From an uncultured Flavobacteriales bacterium (GTDB lineage: Bacteria; Bacteroidota; Bacteroidia; Flavobacteriales; BACL11), in the NCBI GenBank assembly GCA_913031595.1, contig CAJWCP010000002.1:23-64022 (forward strand): 64,000 bases of DNA, written 5' to 3'. Both the position numbers and the translations under genes were made by a program. How positions within the stretch are numbered: position 1 is the first letter of the stretch; the number at the start of each line of letters is the position of its first letter. The notes beneath the pieces were generated by a model. That model was not told the DNA's origin and searched no databases. It worked only from the letters and a program-made list of their open reading frames with translations. Positions 47,303 through 57,749 of the stretch are shown here, one piece after another.

Positions 47303-47906
47303 TTGGCTTGAATGAAAGGTTTAATTTTTCAATAAAGTCTTTTATTTCTTCTGTTCCTTTTTTTTGTTCTGATGATGTGATGAATAAATCAGGAAGTTCT
47401 TCCCATTCTTTTAGCATTTCTGATTTATAAAAATCGATATTTTTCTGTAATATATTTTTTCCTAGCTTATCACTTTTGGTAAAAACAATTGCAAAAGGGA
47501 TCTCTTTTTTTGCTAGCCATTGCATAAATTCTTGATCAATAGATTGAGGTTTATGCCTTGAATCAATAAGCACAAAAAGACAGACTAGATTTTTTCTGTT
47601 TAGAAGATAGTTGGAGATCATAGTCTCAAATTCTTTCCTTTTTTCTTTTGATATTTTGGCATATCCAAAGCCAGGAAGGTCTACTAGATACCAGTTGTTA
47701 TTAATAATAAAATGATTAATTAATTGAGTTTTTCCTGGTTTTCCAGATGTCTTTGCTAAATTTTTATTATTAACTAAGGCATTAATTAAAGACGATTTTC
47801 CAACGTTTGATCTTCCAATAAACGCATATTCTGGCATATTTTCTTTAGGGCACAACTTGTAATTAGTATTGCTAATTACAAATTGAGCATTTTTAATTTT
47901 CATCAT
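47295..47906 (-). CDS. engB: Ribosome biogenesis GTP-binding protein YsxC/EngB
   Basis: G1 GRSNVGKSS, G3 DLPGFG and G4 TKSD motifs. Confidence 0.9.
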   Translation of the reverse strand: MMKIKNAQFVISNTNYKLCPKENMPEYAFIGRSNVGKSSLINALVNNKNLAKTSGKPGKTQLINHFIINNNWYLVDLPGFGYAKISKEKRKEFETMISNYLLNRKNLVCLFVLIDSRHKPQSIDQEFMQWLAKKEIPFAIVFTKSDKLGKNILQKNIDFYKSEMLKEWEELPDLFITSSEQKKGTEEIKDFIEKLNLSFKPII

Positions 47907-47909
47907 TAG

Positions 47910-48668
47910 TTATTCTTTAATGATATGTTTCTTAAGCCAATTTAGAGAAATCTTGCTAAATTTTTCGGGCTGTTCCCACATTGGAGCATGCCCACATTTA
48001 GAGATCCAATGTAATTCAGAATTTGGAAATAGTTTATGAAATTCTTCAGCTACATGTGGTGGCGTTACTTTATCATGCTTCCCCCATATTAAGCAGGCAG
48101 GCATATTCATATTTGGAATATCTTCAGCCATATTATGTCTTATTGCTGACTTCGCATATGCTAGTAATTTGAGTAGTGTGGTTCTCTTTTGTGCTAATTC
48201 AAACACGCTATCAACTAATTCTTTTGTAGCTACTTTAGGGTCATAGAACACCTCTTCTGTTTTTCGTTTAATGTAATCATAATCTCCTCTTCTAGGGAAA
48301 GAATCTCCCATAGCATTCTCATAGAGCCCTGAACTCCCTGTAAGGATTAATCCATCAACCATTTCAGGATGTTCTTTAGCAAATATTAATCCTACATGTC
48401 CTCCCATAGAGTTTCCTAATAGTATAGAGCTTTTTAGCTTAAGATGCTTCATAAAAGAATAAAGGTAGTCGCTAAGGTTTTTTAAAGAAACTTTTAATAA
48501 AGAGACTTCAAAAAGACGGAGGTCAAGACCATAAACTTTATGTTCTTTAGAAATATGATTTACCATCTCTCCAAAATTTTCTACTCCTCCCATTAGTCCA
48601 TGCAATAATATTATTGGATGGCCCTCTCCTTTTTCTAACCATTTGAAATTCCCTTCTTTTTTTATCAT
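47910..48668 (-). CDS. Alpha/beta-fold hydrolase
   Basis: HG oxyanion motif (ILLHGLMG), nucleophile elbow GNSMGG and a C-terminal His (CGHAP). The ATG at 48668 is preferred; the longest-ORF start at 48704 is TTG. Confidence 0.8.
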   Translation of the reverse strand: MIKKEGNFKWLEKGEGHPIILLHGLMGGVENFGEMVNHISKEHKVYGLDLRLFEVSLLKVSLKNLSDYLYSFMKHLKLKSSILLGNSMGGHVGLIFAKEHPEMVDGLILTGSSGLYENAMGDSFPRRGDYDYIKRKTEEVFYDPKVATKELVDSVFELAQKRTTLLKLLAYAKSAIRHNMAEDIPNMNMPACLIWGKHDKVTPPHVAEEFHKLFPNSELHWISKCGHAPMWEQPEKFSKISLNWLKKHIIKE

Positions 48669-48777
48669 TTTGATAATGTATGTTCTTCTATTGCAAAGAA
48701 ACAAAATAATTATTAATACCCTGTTTTGATAGGTTTAACATGATAGAGAAATCTTTTGGGTGGTGAAAGTTATCAAC

Positions 48778-48805
48778 AAAGTGGTAAATAGTGGTAAAAA
48801 GTGGG
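48778..48805 (+). promoter_or_regulatory. Putative MraZ operator: three direct GTGG(T/G) repeats phased at 10 bp
   Basis: Reads AAAGTGGTAAATAGTGGTAAAAAGTGGGG, with GTGG at 48781, 48791 and 48801 and a further GTGG at 48760. It lies 41-68 nt upstream of the mraZ ATG. Confidence 0.55.
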
Positions 48806-48845
48806 GTTTATTCGTATATTAGCACCCAGATTTATATCAGACAGA

Positions 48846-49322
48846 ATGATTAATATTATAGGAACATATGAATGTAAGGCGGATGCTAAAGGAAGAGTTA
48901 TGTTACCTACTGCATTAAAAAAACAATTAAGGCATGTTATTAAGGACGGTTTTGTAATAAAACGTTCAGTTTTTAATACATGTTTAGAGATTCATCCAAT
49001 GTCTGAATGGAATGTAGTTATGGATCAGGTAAACAAGCTTAATCGTTTCTTAAAGAAGAATAATGATTTTATTAGATCTTATATGTCAGGACTTAAGATA
49101 GTGGAGCTAGATAGTTCAGGCAGGGTATTGATTCCTAAAGACTTATTCTTATTCGCTAATATAGACAAGGAAATTGTTCTTTCCTCATCAGTTAATATGA
49201 TTGAGGTATGGGATAAGAAGAGATATGAAGAGGCGGTTTCTGATACATTGAAGAGCTTTGGTGATTTAGCAGAGGAGGTTATGGGAAATCAACCAAAACA
49301 AAGTCAGGATGCCATTTCATAA
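48846..49322 (+). CDS. mraZ: Transcriptional regulator MraZ
   Basis: Two SpoVT/AbrB-like halves (DAKGRVMLP and DSSGRVLIP). Start set to MINIIGTYE (48846). Confidence 0.9.
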   Translation: MINIIGTYECKADAKGRVMLPTALKKQLRHVIKDGFVIKRSVFNTCLEIHPMSEWNVVMDQVNKLNRFLKKNNDFIRSYMSGLKIVELDSSGRVLIPKDLFLFANIDKEIVLSSSVNMIEVWDKKRYEEAVSDTLKSFGDLAEEVMGNQPKQSQDAIS

Positions 49323-50205
49323 TCCAGTATTATTAAATGAAAGTATTAAAGGATTAAATATTAAGCCTAATGGGGTGTACGTTGATGCTACTTTTGGAGG
49401 GGGAGGTCATTCTAAATTAATACTTGAGCATTTAGATGATGGTCAGTTATTTGCTTTTGATCAGGACCAAGTTACTCAAGATAACATTCTTAGTGATAAT
49501 AGGTTTAAATTAATCAATACTAATTTCCGATATATTAAAAGCTTCTTAAGGATGGAAGGGATAGAAAAGATAGATGGTCTTTTAGCAGATTTAGGAGTTT
49601 CTTCTTACCAATTTGACAATGCTGATAGAGGATTTTCGATTCGCTTTGAGTCAGAACTTGATATGCGTATGAATACAGAAACAATCATTACAGCAAAAGA
49701 GATTATTAATAATTATTCGGAAGAAAATCTTTCAAAGATATTTTATGAATATGGAGAATTAAGAAATTCCAGGCAAATAGCAAGAGAAATATTACATAAA
49801 AGAGAAGTAGCTCCTATCATTACTACAATAGATTTAATTAACAGTATTTCTCATTTATCTCCTCTTAGAAAAAAGAATCAATTTCTAGCTCGTGTTTTTC
49901 AATCAATAAGAATTGAAGTGAATGAAGAAATAGCTTCATTAAAAGATATGTTGAAGAGTGCTATAGAGTTACTTAATAAAACAGGTCGACTAGTTGTTCT
50001 TTCATATCATTCGATAGAAGATAGGCTAATAAAGAATTTATTTAAGAAAGGCAATTTTGAAGGAGATGTAGAAAAGGATTTTTATGGCAATATCATAAGG
50101 CCATTTAAAGAAATTAACAATAAGATAATTGTAGCAAGCGCAGAAGAAATACGTAGTAATCCTAGATCAAGAAGCGCAAAGCTTAGAATAGCTGAGAAAA
50201 TATAA
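49309..50205 (+). CDS. rsmH: 16S rRNA (cytosine1402-N4)-methyltransferase
   Basis: Starts HNPVLL, then DATFGGGGHS and DLGVSSYQFD motifs. Confidence 0.95.
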   Translation: MPFHNPVLLNESIKGLNIKPNGVYVDATFGGGGHSKLILEHLDDGQLFAFDQDQVTQDNILSDNRFKLINTNFRYIKSFLRMEGIEKIDGLLADLGVSSYQFDNADRGFSIRFESELDMRMNTETIITAKEIINNYSEENLSKIFYEYGELRNSRQIAREILHKREVAPIITTIDLINSISHLSPLRKKNQFLARVFQSIRIEVNEEIASLKDMLKSAIELLNKTGRLVVLSYHSIEDRLIKNLFKKGNFEGDVEKDFYGNIIRPFKEINNKIIVASAEEIRSNPRSRSAKLRIAEKI

Positions 50206-50549
50206 TGTCTATAAAAAAAGAAAGAAATAGTGGTTTTTTATCAATACTGAGAGGTGATTTTATAGCACATAAAAATAATAGGAGATATCTCCCTTTTATT
50301 TTAATGTTGGTTGTATTCATTCTATTTAATATTAGCATGTCATTTAGGGCGGAAGGGTTATTAAGAAAAGCGATACTTCTAGAAGAAGAGAATGCAGATC
50401 TAAGATTGGTATATATTACCACTAAGACAGATTTAATGAGTATGCATAAAAGATCTGTTATAGAAGAAATAGTCTTAGAAAGTGGATTAAAAACTTCATT
50501 AGATCCCCCATTAATTATTGAAAAATTTAATGAAAAGAAAAAGAACTAA
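50205..50549 (+). CDS. ftsL: FtsL-like cell division protein
   Basis: 114 aa with a single TM followed by a short coiled-coil-like segment, in the canonical position between rsmH and ftsI. Confidence 0.6.
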   Translation: MSIKKERNSGFLSILRGDFIAHKNNRRYLPFILMLVVFILFNISMSFRAEGLLRKAILLEEENADLRLVYITTKTDLMSMHKRSVIEEIVLESGLKTSLDPPLIIEKFNEKKKN

Positions 50550-52623
50550 TATTAATTTTAGAGTAATAGGTTTATATATAGCTACTTTACTAGTCTGTGT
50601 TGGTATTGTAAGTAAGATTATTCAGATTCAGCATTTTAATAAAGAAATAAATACTAGCAGTCAGCCTCGATATGAAATAGTGAAAGCTCCAAGAGGTAAT
50701 ATTTTAGCTGATGACGGGTCATTATTATGTATATCAAAGCCAGAATATGATATTAGACTTGATTTAACCGTTATTAATGAAGATTTATTTCATAGAGATA
50801 TTATTCAGCTTGCTAATGAATTGTCAGAACTTTTTCCTGAAAAGACATCAAAATGGTATGAGAATTTTTTAAGAGAATCTAAGGATTCAAAGAATAAGTA
50901 TGTTTTACTGAAAAAAAAGGTAACGCATAATCAGTTAAATGTATTAAGAAAGATGCCGATATTTAAATTAGGCAGGAACAAAGGAGGTTTAATCCCAGAA
51001 CCAAGACCAAATAGAGATTTACCATTTGGATTACTTGCTAAGAGAACAATAGGAAGAATAACACCAGATATGTATAACCCAGTTGGAATTGAGAGAGCTT
51101 ATAATCCATATCTATCAGGTGTTAATGGGATACAATTAAAAAAGAAAATAGCAAAAGATACATGGGTTCCTCAAGATGCACCAGGAAATATATTACCTCA
51201 TCCAGGGGATGATATTATTACAACAATTAATATAGATATGCAGGATGTAGCGGAAAAAGCACTTGAAAGAACATTGATTTCTCATGATGCTGATTGGGGA
51301 TGTGTTGTAATGATGGAAGTTAAAACAGGAGAAGTTAAAGTAATAGCTAATTTAACAAAAGATACAGTAGATCATACTGTTGATGAGTTAGAAAATTTTG
51401 CAATAGGAGAACATGTTGCTCCAGGATCAACATTTAAATTAGTATCAATTATTGCAGGATTAGAGGATGGGTTTTTTAAAGTTTCTGATACCGTTATTGT
51501 GAAGGGAGGAAGAATAAAGTATTATGATCGAATTATGGTTGATTCTGACCATAATTATGATAAGATAACGATAAAGGATGCATTTATTATTTCATCAAAT
51601 GTAGGCATATCTAGTATAATAAATAATAATTATAAAGAAAATCCTGGAAGATATTTAGACAGGATATATCAAATGGGATTAAGTACTCCACTTGAATTAG
51701 AATTACCTTTTCCTAATAATCTAAAGATGCCTACACCTAATAAAGGAAGCTGGTCTGGAGTAACACTTCCCTGGATGTCTACTGGATATGAGATGCAACT
51801 TACACCCATTCACATGTTAACATTTTACAATGCTATTGCAAATAATGGGAGAATGGTTAAACCTTTTTTTGTTTCTTCTATTCAAAGAGATGGTGTTATA
51901 ATAGAAAAAAAGAATCCTGAGGTAATAAGTCCTGCAATTTGTTCAAAATCAACAATTGAAAAAATACTCCCTCTTTTAATTGGTGTTGTTGATGAAGGAA
52001 CAGCAAAAAATATAAAAAGTGATAGGTATAAGATAGCAGGTAAAACAGGCACTACAGTGTTAAACTATATGCAACGAAAGAAAGGAGAGGCTAAAAAATA
52101 TCAAGCATCTTTTGTCGGATTTTTTCCTGCAGAAGACCCAAAGTATTCTTGTATAGTAGTAATAAATAATCCTCGAAATAATCATGTTTATGGAGGTAGG
52201 GTGGCAGCGCCAATCTTTAAAGAATTATCTGATAAGATATACGCTTCAGATATCAGTTTGCATAAACCAATTAATAACAATAAGAGTTTTCCTACTCTTC
52301 CTAAGGTGAAACAAGGAAGAACAACTGATGCGAATTTAATATTGGAAGAGCTTAATATTCCTTTTAAGAAAACTCTTGGAGAATGGATGGTTTCAACAAC
52401 AACAGATACAGAAGTTCAACTTCTTTTAAGAAAGATAAAATCAGATTTAGAAAAAGGAAGAATGCCTGATCTTACAGGAATGAACCTAAAAGATGCTGTT
52501 TATTTATTAGAAAATTATGGTTTAATAGTTAAGAGTTTAGGTAGCGGATCGATACAAAAACAATCTATAAGGAAAGGGGAACTATTTGAAGTAGGCTCTA
52601 TTATTCATTTACAATTAATTTAA
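50518..52623 (+). CDS. ftsI: Peptidoglycan D,D-transpeptidase (PBP3) with C-terminal PASTA domain
   Basis: TM anchor, PBP dimerisation domain, transpeptidase motifs STFK, SSN and KTGT, and a terminal roughly 60-aa PASTA-like domain. Confidence 0.9.
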   Translation: MKNLMKRKRTNINFRVIGLYIATLLVCVGIVSKIIQIQHFNKEINTSSQPRYEIVKAPRGNILADDGSLLCISKPEYDIRLDLTVINEDLFHRDIIQLANELSELFPEKTSKWYENFLRESKDSKNKYVLLKKKVTHNQLNVLRKMPIFKLGRNKGGLIPEPRPNRDLPFGLLAKRTIGRITPDMYNPVGIERAYNPYLSGVNGIQLKKKIAKDTWVPQDAPGNILPHPGDDIITTINIDMQDVAEKALERTLISHDADWGCVVMMEVKTGEVKVIANLTKDTVDHTVDELENFAIGEHVAPGSTFKLVSIIAGLEDGFFKVSDTVIVKGGRIKYYDRIMVDSDHNYDKITIKDAFIISSNVGISSIINNNYKENPGRYLDRIYQMGLSTPLELELPFPNNLKMPTPNKGSWSGVTLPWMSTGYEMQLTPIHMLTFYNAIANNGRMVKPFFVSSIQRDGVIIEKKNPEVISPAICSKSTIEKILPLLIGVVDEGTAKNIKSDRYKIAGKTGTTVLNYMQRKKGEAKKYQASFVGFFPAEDPKYSCIVVINNPRNNHVYGGRVAAPIFKELSDKIYASDISLHKPINNNKSFPTLPKVKQGRTTDANLILEELNIPFKKTLGEWMVSTTTDTEVQLLLRKIKSDLEKGRMPDLTGMNLKDAVYLLENYGLIVKSLGSGSIQKQSIRKGELFEVGSIIHLQLI

Positions 52624-54080
52624 TGAGATTAAGAGAGTTATTATATAAAGTTAATATTATTAAGATCTGTGGTAATAATGATGTTGAGGTCTTGGATATT
52701 AATTTTGATTCAAGAAAAATTAAGCAAGGGGGATTATTTGTCGCTATTAAAGGAGAAAACGTAGATAGCCATAACTATATTCAAGACACCATATTAAAGG
52801 GAGCAAGAGTGATTGTTGCTGAGATTTTGCCTAACATATTAGATGAGAATATTACATATGTACAGGTAAAAAATTCTAAGCAGGCATTAGGCTTTATTGC
52901 TTCTAGTTTTTATAAACATCCATCAGAGAAGATTAAATTAATAGGCGTAACAGGTACAAATGGGAAAACTACTATTGTTACTTTATTATATCAGTTATTT
53001 TCTTTATTGAAGGTTAAAGTAGGAATGCTTTCTACTATCGAAAATAAGATTGAAGATACTGTAATTCCTTCGACACATACTACTCCTGATGCCTTACAAA
53101 TTAATTATTTATTACATAAGATGGTAAAGGCAGGTTGTGAATATTGTTTTATGGAAGTTAGCTCTCATTCAGTATCTCAACAAAGAATATCAGGATTACA
53201 TTTTACTGCGGGTATCTTTTCTAATATCACAAAAGATCATTTAGATTACCATAAGACTTTTGATCAATATATAGAAGCTAAGAAGATGTTTTTTGATTTC
53301 TTGTCAGAAGATGCATTTGCAATGATCAATCTTGATGATAAGAATGCAAGTAAGATGATTGAACATACACAAGCTAAGTGTTTTTCATATTCTTTAAAAT
53401 CAGCATCTGATTACAAATGCAAAATCTTAGAAAACCAGTTTGATGGAATGCTTTTAAATATTAACAACCTAGATATATGGGTTAAGTTGATAGGTCGTTT
53501 TAATGCCTATAATATTCTTGCTTTATATGCTACAGCTATAGAGTTAGGTTTTTCAGAGCATGATTTATTAACCGCATTAAGTATGCTAGATACTGTAAAA
53601 GGTCGATTTGAATGTGTGCAATTTTCAGGAGTCAAGGCTATTGTAGATTATGCACATACTGAAGATGCTCTTAAGAATGTTCTTATGACAATTAATGATA
53701 TAAGAAAGCAAAAAGAATCATTGATAACCGTCCTTGGGTGCGGAGGAGATAGAGATAAACAAAAACGTCCTTTGATGAGTGCAATTGCATGTAAATTAAG
53801 TGATCAAGTCATTATAACATCTGATAATCCTAGGTCAGAAGATCCGGAATCTATTATTCAAGACATGTTAAATGGATTAGACCTACAACAAAAGAAGAAG
53901 GTTCTGACAATAACTGATCGAAGACAGGCTATTAGAGCAGCTTGTAAGCTTGCAAAATCACATGATATAATACTTGTTGCCGGTAAGGGGCATGAGAAAT
54001 ATCAAGAAATAAAAGGGGTAAAGATTCCTTTTGATGATTTGAAAGAATTAGAATACACATTTAATTTAAACACACAGTAA
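52623..54080 (+). CDS. murE: UDP-N-acetylmuramoyl-L-alanyl-D-glutamate--2,6-diaminopimelate ligase
   Basis: Mur ligase P-loop [10 protein letters not shown] and the DNPR motif (SDNPRSEDP). Confidence 0.95.
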   Translation: MRLRELLYKVNIIKICGNNDVEVLDINFDSRKIKQGGLFVAIKGENVDSHNYIQDTILKGARVIVAEILPNILDENITYVQVKNSKQALGFIASSFYKHPSEKIKLIGVTGTNGKTTIVTLLYQLFSLLKVKVGMLSTIENKIEDTVIPSTHTTPDALQINYLLHKMVKAGCEYCFMEVSSHSVSQQRISGLHFTAGIFSNITKDHLDYHKTFDQYIEAKKMFFDFLSEDAFAMINLDDKNASKMIEHTQAKCFSYSLKSASDYKCKILENQFDGMLLNINNLDIWVKLIGRFNAYNILALYATAIELGFSEHDLLTALSMLDTVKGRFECVQFSGVKAIVDYAHTEDALKNVLMTINDIRKQKESLITVLGCGGDRDKQKRPLMSAIACKLSDQVIITSDNPRSEDPESIIQDMLNGLDLQQKKKVLTITDRRQAIRAACKLAKSHDIILVAGKGHEKYQEIKGVKIPFDDLKELEYTFNLNTQ

Positions 54081-55294
54081 TGCTATATTATTTATTTGAT
54101 TATTTACAGAGCGCATATGATCTTCCTGGAGCAGGACTTTTTCAATATATTTCATTTAGAGCATCATTAGCAATAATAACATCATTGTTAGTTTCATTAG
54201 TTTTTGGTAAGCGTATTATTTCTCTTATTAGAAGAAAACAAATTGGAGAAAAGGTAAGAGCTTTAGGTTTAGCTGGTGAAGAGCAAAAAGAAGGAACACC
54301 TACTATGGGAGGCTTGATTATAATATCTGCTATTCTCATCCCTACATTGCTATTTACCAAATTAGATAATATATATGTTATTATTATGCTCATCACTACA
54401 TTATGGTTAGGTGTCATAGGCTTTACGGATGATTATATTAAGGTATTCAAGAAAAATAAGAACGGTTTAGCAGGTAAATTTAAGGTTTTAGGGCAGATAG
54501 GATTAGGGGTAATTGTTGGTTTAGTTATGGTTTTTCATCCTGATATTATTGTGAAAGAAGATATCAATTTATTAGCTCAAGAAGAAAATGTAGCTTCAGT
54601 TGTTTTAGCTAAGAAGTCTTCTAAGACAACAATACCATTTCTTAAAGATAATGAATTTGATTATCATATGTTAACTTCTTGGGCTGGAGAAAAAGCTAAA
54701 GATTATGCTTGGATATTTTTTGTTTTGATTGTTATTATAATTATTACAGCAGTTTCAAATGGGGCTAATATGACTGATGGTCTTGATGGACTAGCTACAG
54801 GAACTTCAGCAATTATTGGTTCTACACTTGCTATTCTTGCTTATGTTTCAGGTAATATTATAGCTGCAGATTACCTGAATATTATGTATATTCCTTATAC
54901 AGGAGAGTTGGTTATTTATATGTCTGCTTTTGTTGGAGCATGTGTAGGATTTATGTGGTATAATTCTTATCCGGCTGAAGTATTTATGGGAGATACAGGT
55001 TCTTTATCAATTGGAGGAATTATTGCGGTAGTTGCTATTTTGATTCGTAAAGAATTATTGATACCTGTTTTATGTGGAATATTTTTAATAGAGAATCTTT
55101 CCGTAATAATTCAGGTAGGATATTTTAAATATACAAAGAAGAAAACAGGCGAAGGAAGACGAATATTTAAGATGGCTCCACTTCATCATCATTATCAGAA
55201 GTTAGGTATGCATGAGAGTAAGATCGTAACAAGATTTTGGATTATTGGGATCATTCTTGCAGTATTAACAGTTGTCACATTAAAACTTCGATAA
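54080..55294 (+). CDS. mraY: Phospho-N-acetylmuramoyl-pentapeptide transferase
   Basis: 404 aa polytopic protein with [10 protein letters not shown] and PLHHH motifs. Confidence 0.95.
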   Translation: MLYYLFDYLQSAYDLPGAGLFQYISFRASLAIITSLLVSLVFGKRIISLIRRKQIGEKVRALGLAGEEQKEGTPTMGGLIIISAILIPTLLFTKLDNIYVIIMLITTLWLGVIGFTDDYIKVFKKNKNGLAGKFKVLGQIGLGVIVGLVMVFHPDIIVKEDINLLAQEENVASVVLAKKSSKTTIPFLKDNEFDYHMLTSWAGEKAKDYAWIFFVLIVIIIITAVSNGANMTDGLDGLATGTSAIIGSTLAILAYVSGNIIAADYLNIMYIPYTGELVIYMSAFVGACVGFMWYNSYPAEVFMGDTGSLSIGGIIAVVAILIRKELLIPVLCGIFLIENLSVIIQVGYFKYTKKKTGEGRRIFKMAPLHHHYQKLGMHESKIVTRFWIIGIILAVLTVVTLKLR

Positions 55295-56613
55295 TGAAAA
55301 AAACAATAGTTGTGTTAGGAGGAGGAATTAGCGGAGTTGGGGCTGCTGTTTTGGCAGATAATAAAGGTTTTACTGTTTTCTTATCAGATAATGGAATTAT
55401 ATCAGATGAGAATAAAAGCATCTTAAAACAGAATAATATTAAGTATGAGGAGCGTAAACACACATTAGATCTAATCCTTAAAGCAGATGAGATTATAAAG
55501 AGCCCAGGCATACCTTGTCAGAGCGCTTTGATTCTAGAAATTAAATCTAAAGGAATTCCTGTTATCTCAGAAATAGAATTTGCCTTTAGATATACTACTG
55601 CTAAGATTGCAGCTATAACAGGCAGTAATGGAAAGACTACTACTACTTTATTGTTAGGACATATTTTAACTAATTCAGGTTATGATGTTCTAGTAGCGGG
55701 TAATATGGGTATAAGTTTTGCTTATGAGATTGCTAAAAGAGATTATGATTTCATCATTTTAGAACTTAGTAGTTTTCAATTAGATAACATAATTAAATTT
55801 AGAAGTAGTATAGCAATTTTATTAAACATAACAGCTGATCATTTAGATAGATATGATAATCAGTTAGATAAATATATATCCTCAAAATTTAGAATTACAA
55901 AAAATCAAACAGAGGAAGATATATTAATTTATAATTCAGATGATAATATTTTCAGAGCACTTCAAACAAAGGCAAAAAAAATTCCTATGTCTCTTGTTCA
56001 TGAATATAAAGAAGGAGCTTTTTTAAAAAAAAACAAACTAATAATTAATTTAAAAAATACAACTATGACAATTCAAGATCTAGCTCTACAAGGTAGGCAT
56101 AATATCTTTAACTCAATGGCAGCTGCAATGGCCGCTCGTGTATTTGAAGTTAAAGATTCTGTAATTAGACAATCATTAATTGATTTCGAAAATATAGAAC
56201 ATCGTTTGGAGTATGTTCTCAAAGTTCATGGCATTGATTTTATTAATGATTCTAAAGCAACAAATGTAAATGCATCTTGGTATGCTTTAGAAAGCATGAA
56301 TAAGGATGTTGTATGGATAGCTGGTGGTGTTGATAAGGGCAATGATTATCATCAATTAGTTGAGATGGCTAAAGAGAAGGTTAAAGCGATTATTTGTTTA
56401 GGACAAAATAATGAAAAAATAATTGGAGCATTTAAATCCGTAGTAGATACTATTGTTCAAGCATCCAGCATGCAAGAGGCTGTAAATCTTTCTTATGATC
56501 TGGCTAATAATGGTGATGCGGTTTTGCTATCTCCAGCATGTGCTAGTTTTGATTTATTTGCTAATTATGAAGATAGAGGGACTCAGTTTAAAAAATCGGT
56601 AAGAAAGTTATAA
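55294..56613 (+). CDS. murD: UDP-N-acetylmuramoylalanine--D-glutamate ligase
   Basis: Rossmann GGGISG and P-loop GSNGKTTT. Start at MKKTIVVLG, overlapping the mraY stop (TAATG). Confidence 0.95.
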   Translation: MKKTIVVLGGGISGVGAAVLADNKGFTVFLSDNGIISDENKSILKQNNIKYEERKHTLDLILKADEIIKSPGIPCQSALILEIKSKGIPVISEIEFAFRYTTAKIAAITGSNGKTTTTLLLGHILTNSGYDVLVAGNMGISFAYEIAKRDYDFIILELSSFQLDNIIKFRSSIAILLNITADHLDRYDNQLDKYISSKFRITKNQTEEDILIYNSDDNIFRALQTKAKKIPMSLVHEYKEGAFLKKNKLIINLKNTTMTIQDLALQGRHNIFNSMAAAMAARVFEVKDSVIRQSLIDFENIEHRLEYVLKVHGIDFINDSKATNVNASWYALESMNKDVVWIAGGVDKGNDYHQLVEMAKEKVKAIICLGQNNEKIIGAFKSVVDTIVQASSMQEAVNLSYDLANNGDAVLLSPACASFDLFANYEDRGTQFKKSVRKL

Positions 56614-56618
56614 TAATA

Positions 56619-57749
56619 GTGACTGATTGGGTAGCTAATATAAAAATTGAGGGAGATAGAATTATTTGGGGTGTAGTATTTTTTTTATTAATATTTTCAT
56701 TATTGATTGTTTATAGTACATCTGGATGGAATATTCTATTTGGACATATTATCAAATTAGGTATTGGGGTTTCAGCCATGTATCTTGTTCATAAGATTAA
56801 GTTTAAATATTTCTCAAAGTTAGGTCAATTAGCCTATTTTTTAAGTTTAGGGTTACTAGTTTTAGTTTTTATTATTGGAGTAAGTGTTAATGGTGCTTCA
56901 AGATGGCTTTCTATAGCAGGCTTACAATTTCAGCCTTCAGATATAGCTAAATTAGCTATCTTATTATATTTAGCTCGACAGCTTAGTAAACAACGAGATT
57001 TTTTGCATAGATTACCAGATCTTATTTGGCATATTATTTCTCCTTTAGTCTTAATATGCGCACTTGTTTTACCAAATAATTTTTCTACGTCTGCATTAAT
57101 TTTCTTAAATGGCATTGTTGTTATGTTTATAGCACATGTTCGCTTAAAACTTATCTTTTCAGTTATAATCTCAGCTTTTATTTTAGCAATGTCAATTTAT
57201 TTTACTGCAAAATATACTAGTGTATTTTCAGATCTTTTACCACGATCTGCTACCTGGGTTAGCAGGATAGATAGTTTTTTTGATGGTAGTCAGAATGATA
57301 TGACACATAAAGACTTTCAACAAGTTCAAGCTTTGGTTGCTATTCAGAATGGAGATATTACAGGAGTCGGCCCTGGAAAGAGTATTCAGAAAGGTATTTT
57401 GCCTTATTCTTCTTCTGACTTTATATATGCAATAATTATTGAAGAATATGGTGTTATTGGAGGAGTAAGTGTAATTTTAGCATATCTTATTTTATTATTT
57501 CGGGCAATTCGTATATCTTTTAAAACTGAAAGTCTTTTTGCCAGTTTAGTCGCTGTTGGTTTAATATTCTCATTAGTTTCTCAGGCAATAGTTAATATAC
57601 TGGTTTCTGTTGAGGTATTGCCTGTTACAGGTCAAACATTACCTTTAATAAGTATGGGAGGAACATCCATTGTATTTAGTTGTATAGCAATAGGTATAGT
57701 ATTAAGTATTAGTAGAGACTCAACAGATAGAGAGTATGAAAAAGTATAG
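56619..57749 (+). CDS. ftsW: SEDS-family peptidoglycan polymerase FtsW
   Basis: FtsW/RodA/SpoVE fold with QPSD(I)AK and SDFIYA motifs. GTG start. Confidence 0.9.
   Translation: MTDWVANIKIEGDRIIWGVVFFLLIFSLLIVYSTSGWNILFGHIIKLGIGVSAMYLVHKIKFKYFSKLGQLAYFLSLGLLVLVFIIGVSVNGASRWLSIAGLQFQPSDIAKLAILLYLARQLSKQRDFLHRLPDLIWHIISPLVLICALVLPNNFSTSALIFLNGIVVMFIAHVRLKLIFSVIISAFILAMSIYFTAKYTSVFSDLLPRSATWVSRIDSFFDGSQNDMTHKDFQQVQALVAIQNGDITGVGPGKSIQKGILPYSSSDFIYAIIIEEYGVIGGVSVILAYLILLFRAIRISFKTESLFASLVAVGLIFSLVSQAIVNILVSVEVLPVTGQTLPLISMGGTSIVFSCIAIGIVLSISRDSTDREYEKV

Noticed and set aside
48801-48845. GTG at 48801 as the mraZ start (the longest ORF).
   Set aside because: That GTG is the third unit of the 10-bp-phased GTGG repeat (putative operator). 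The MraZ fold begins at MINIIGTYE (48846).
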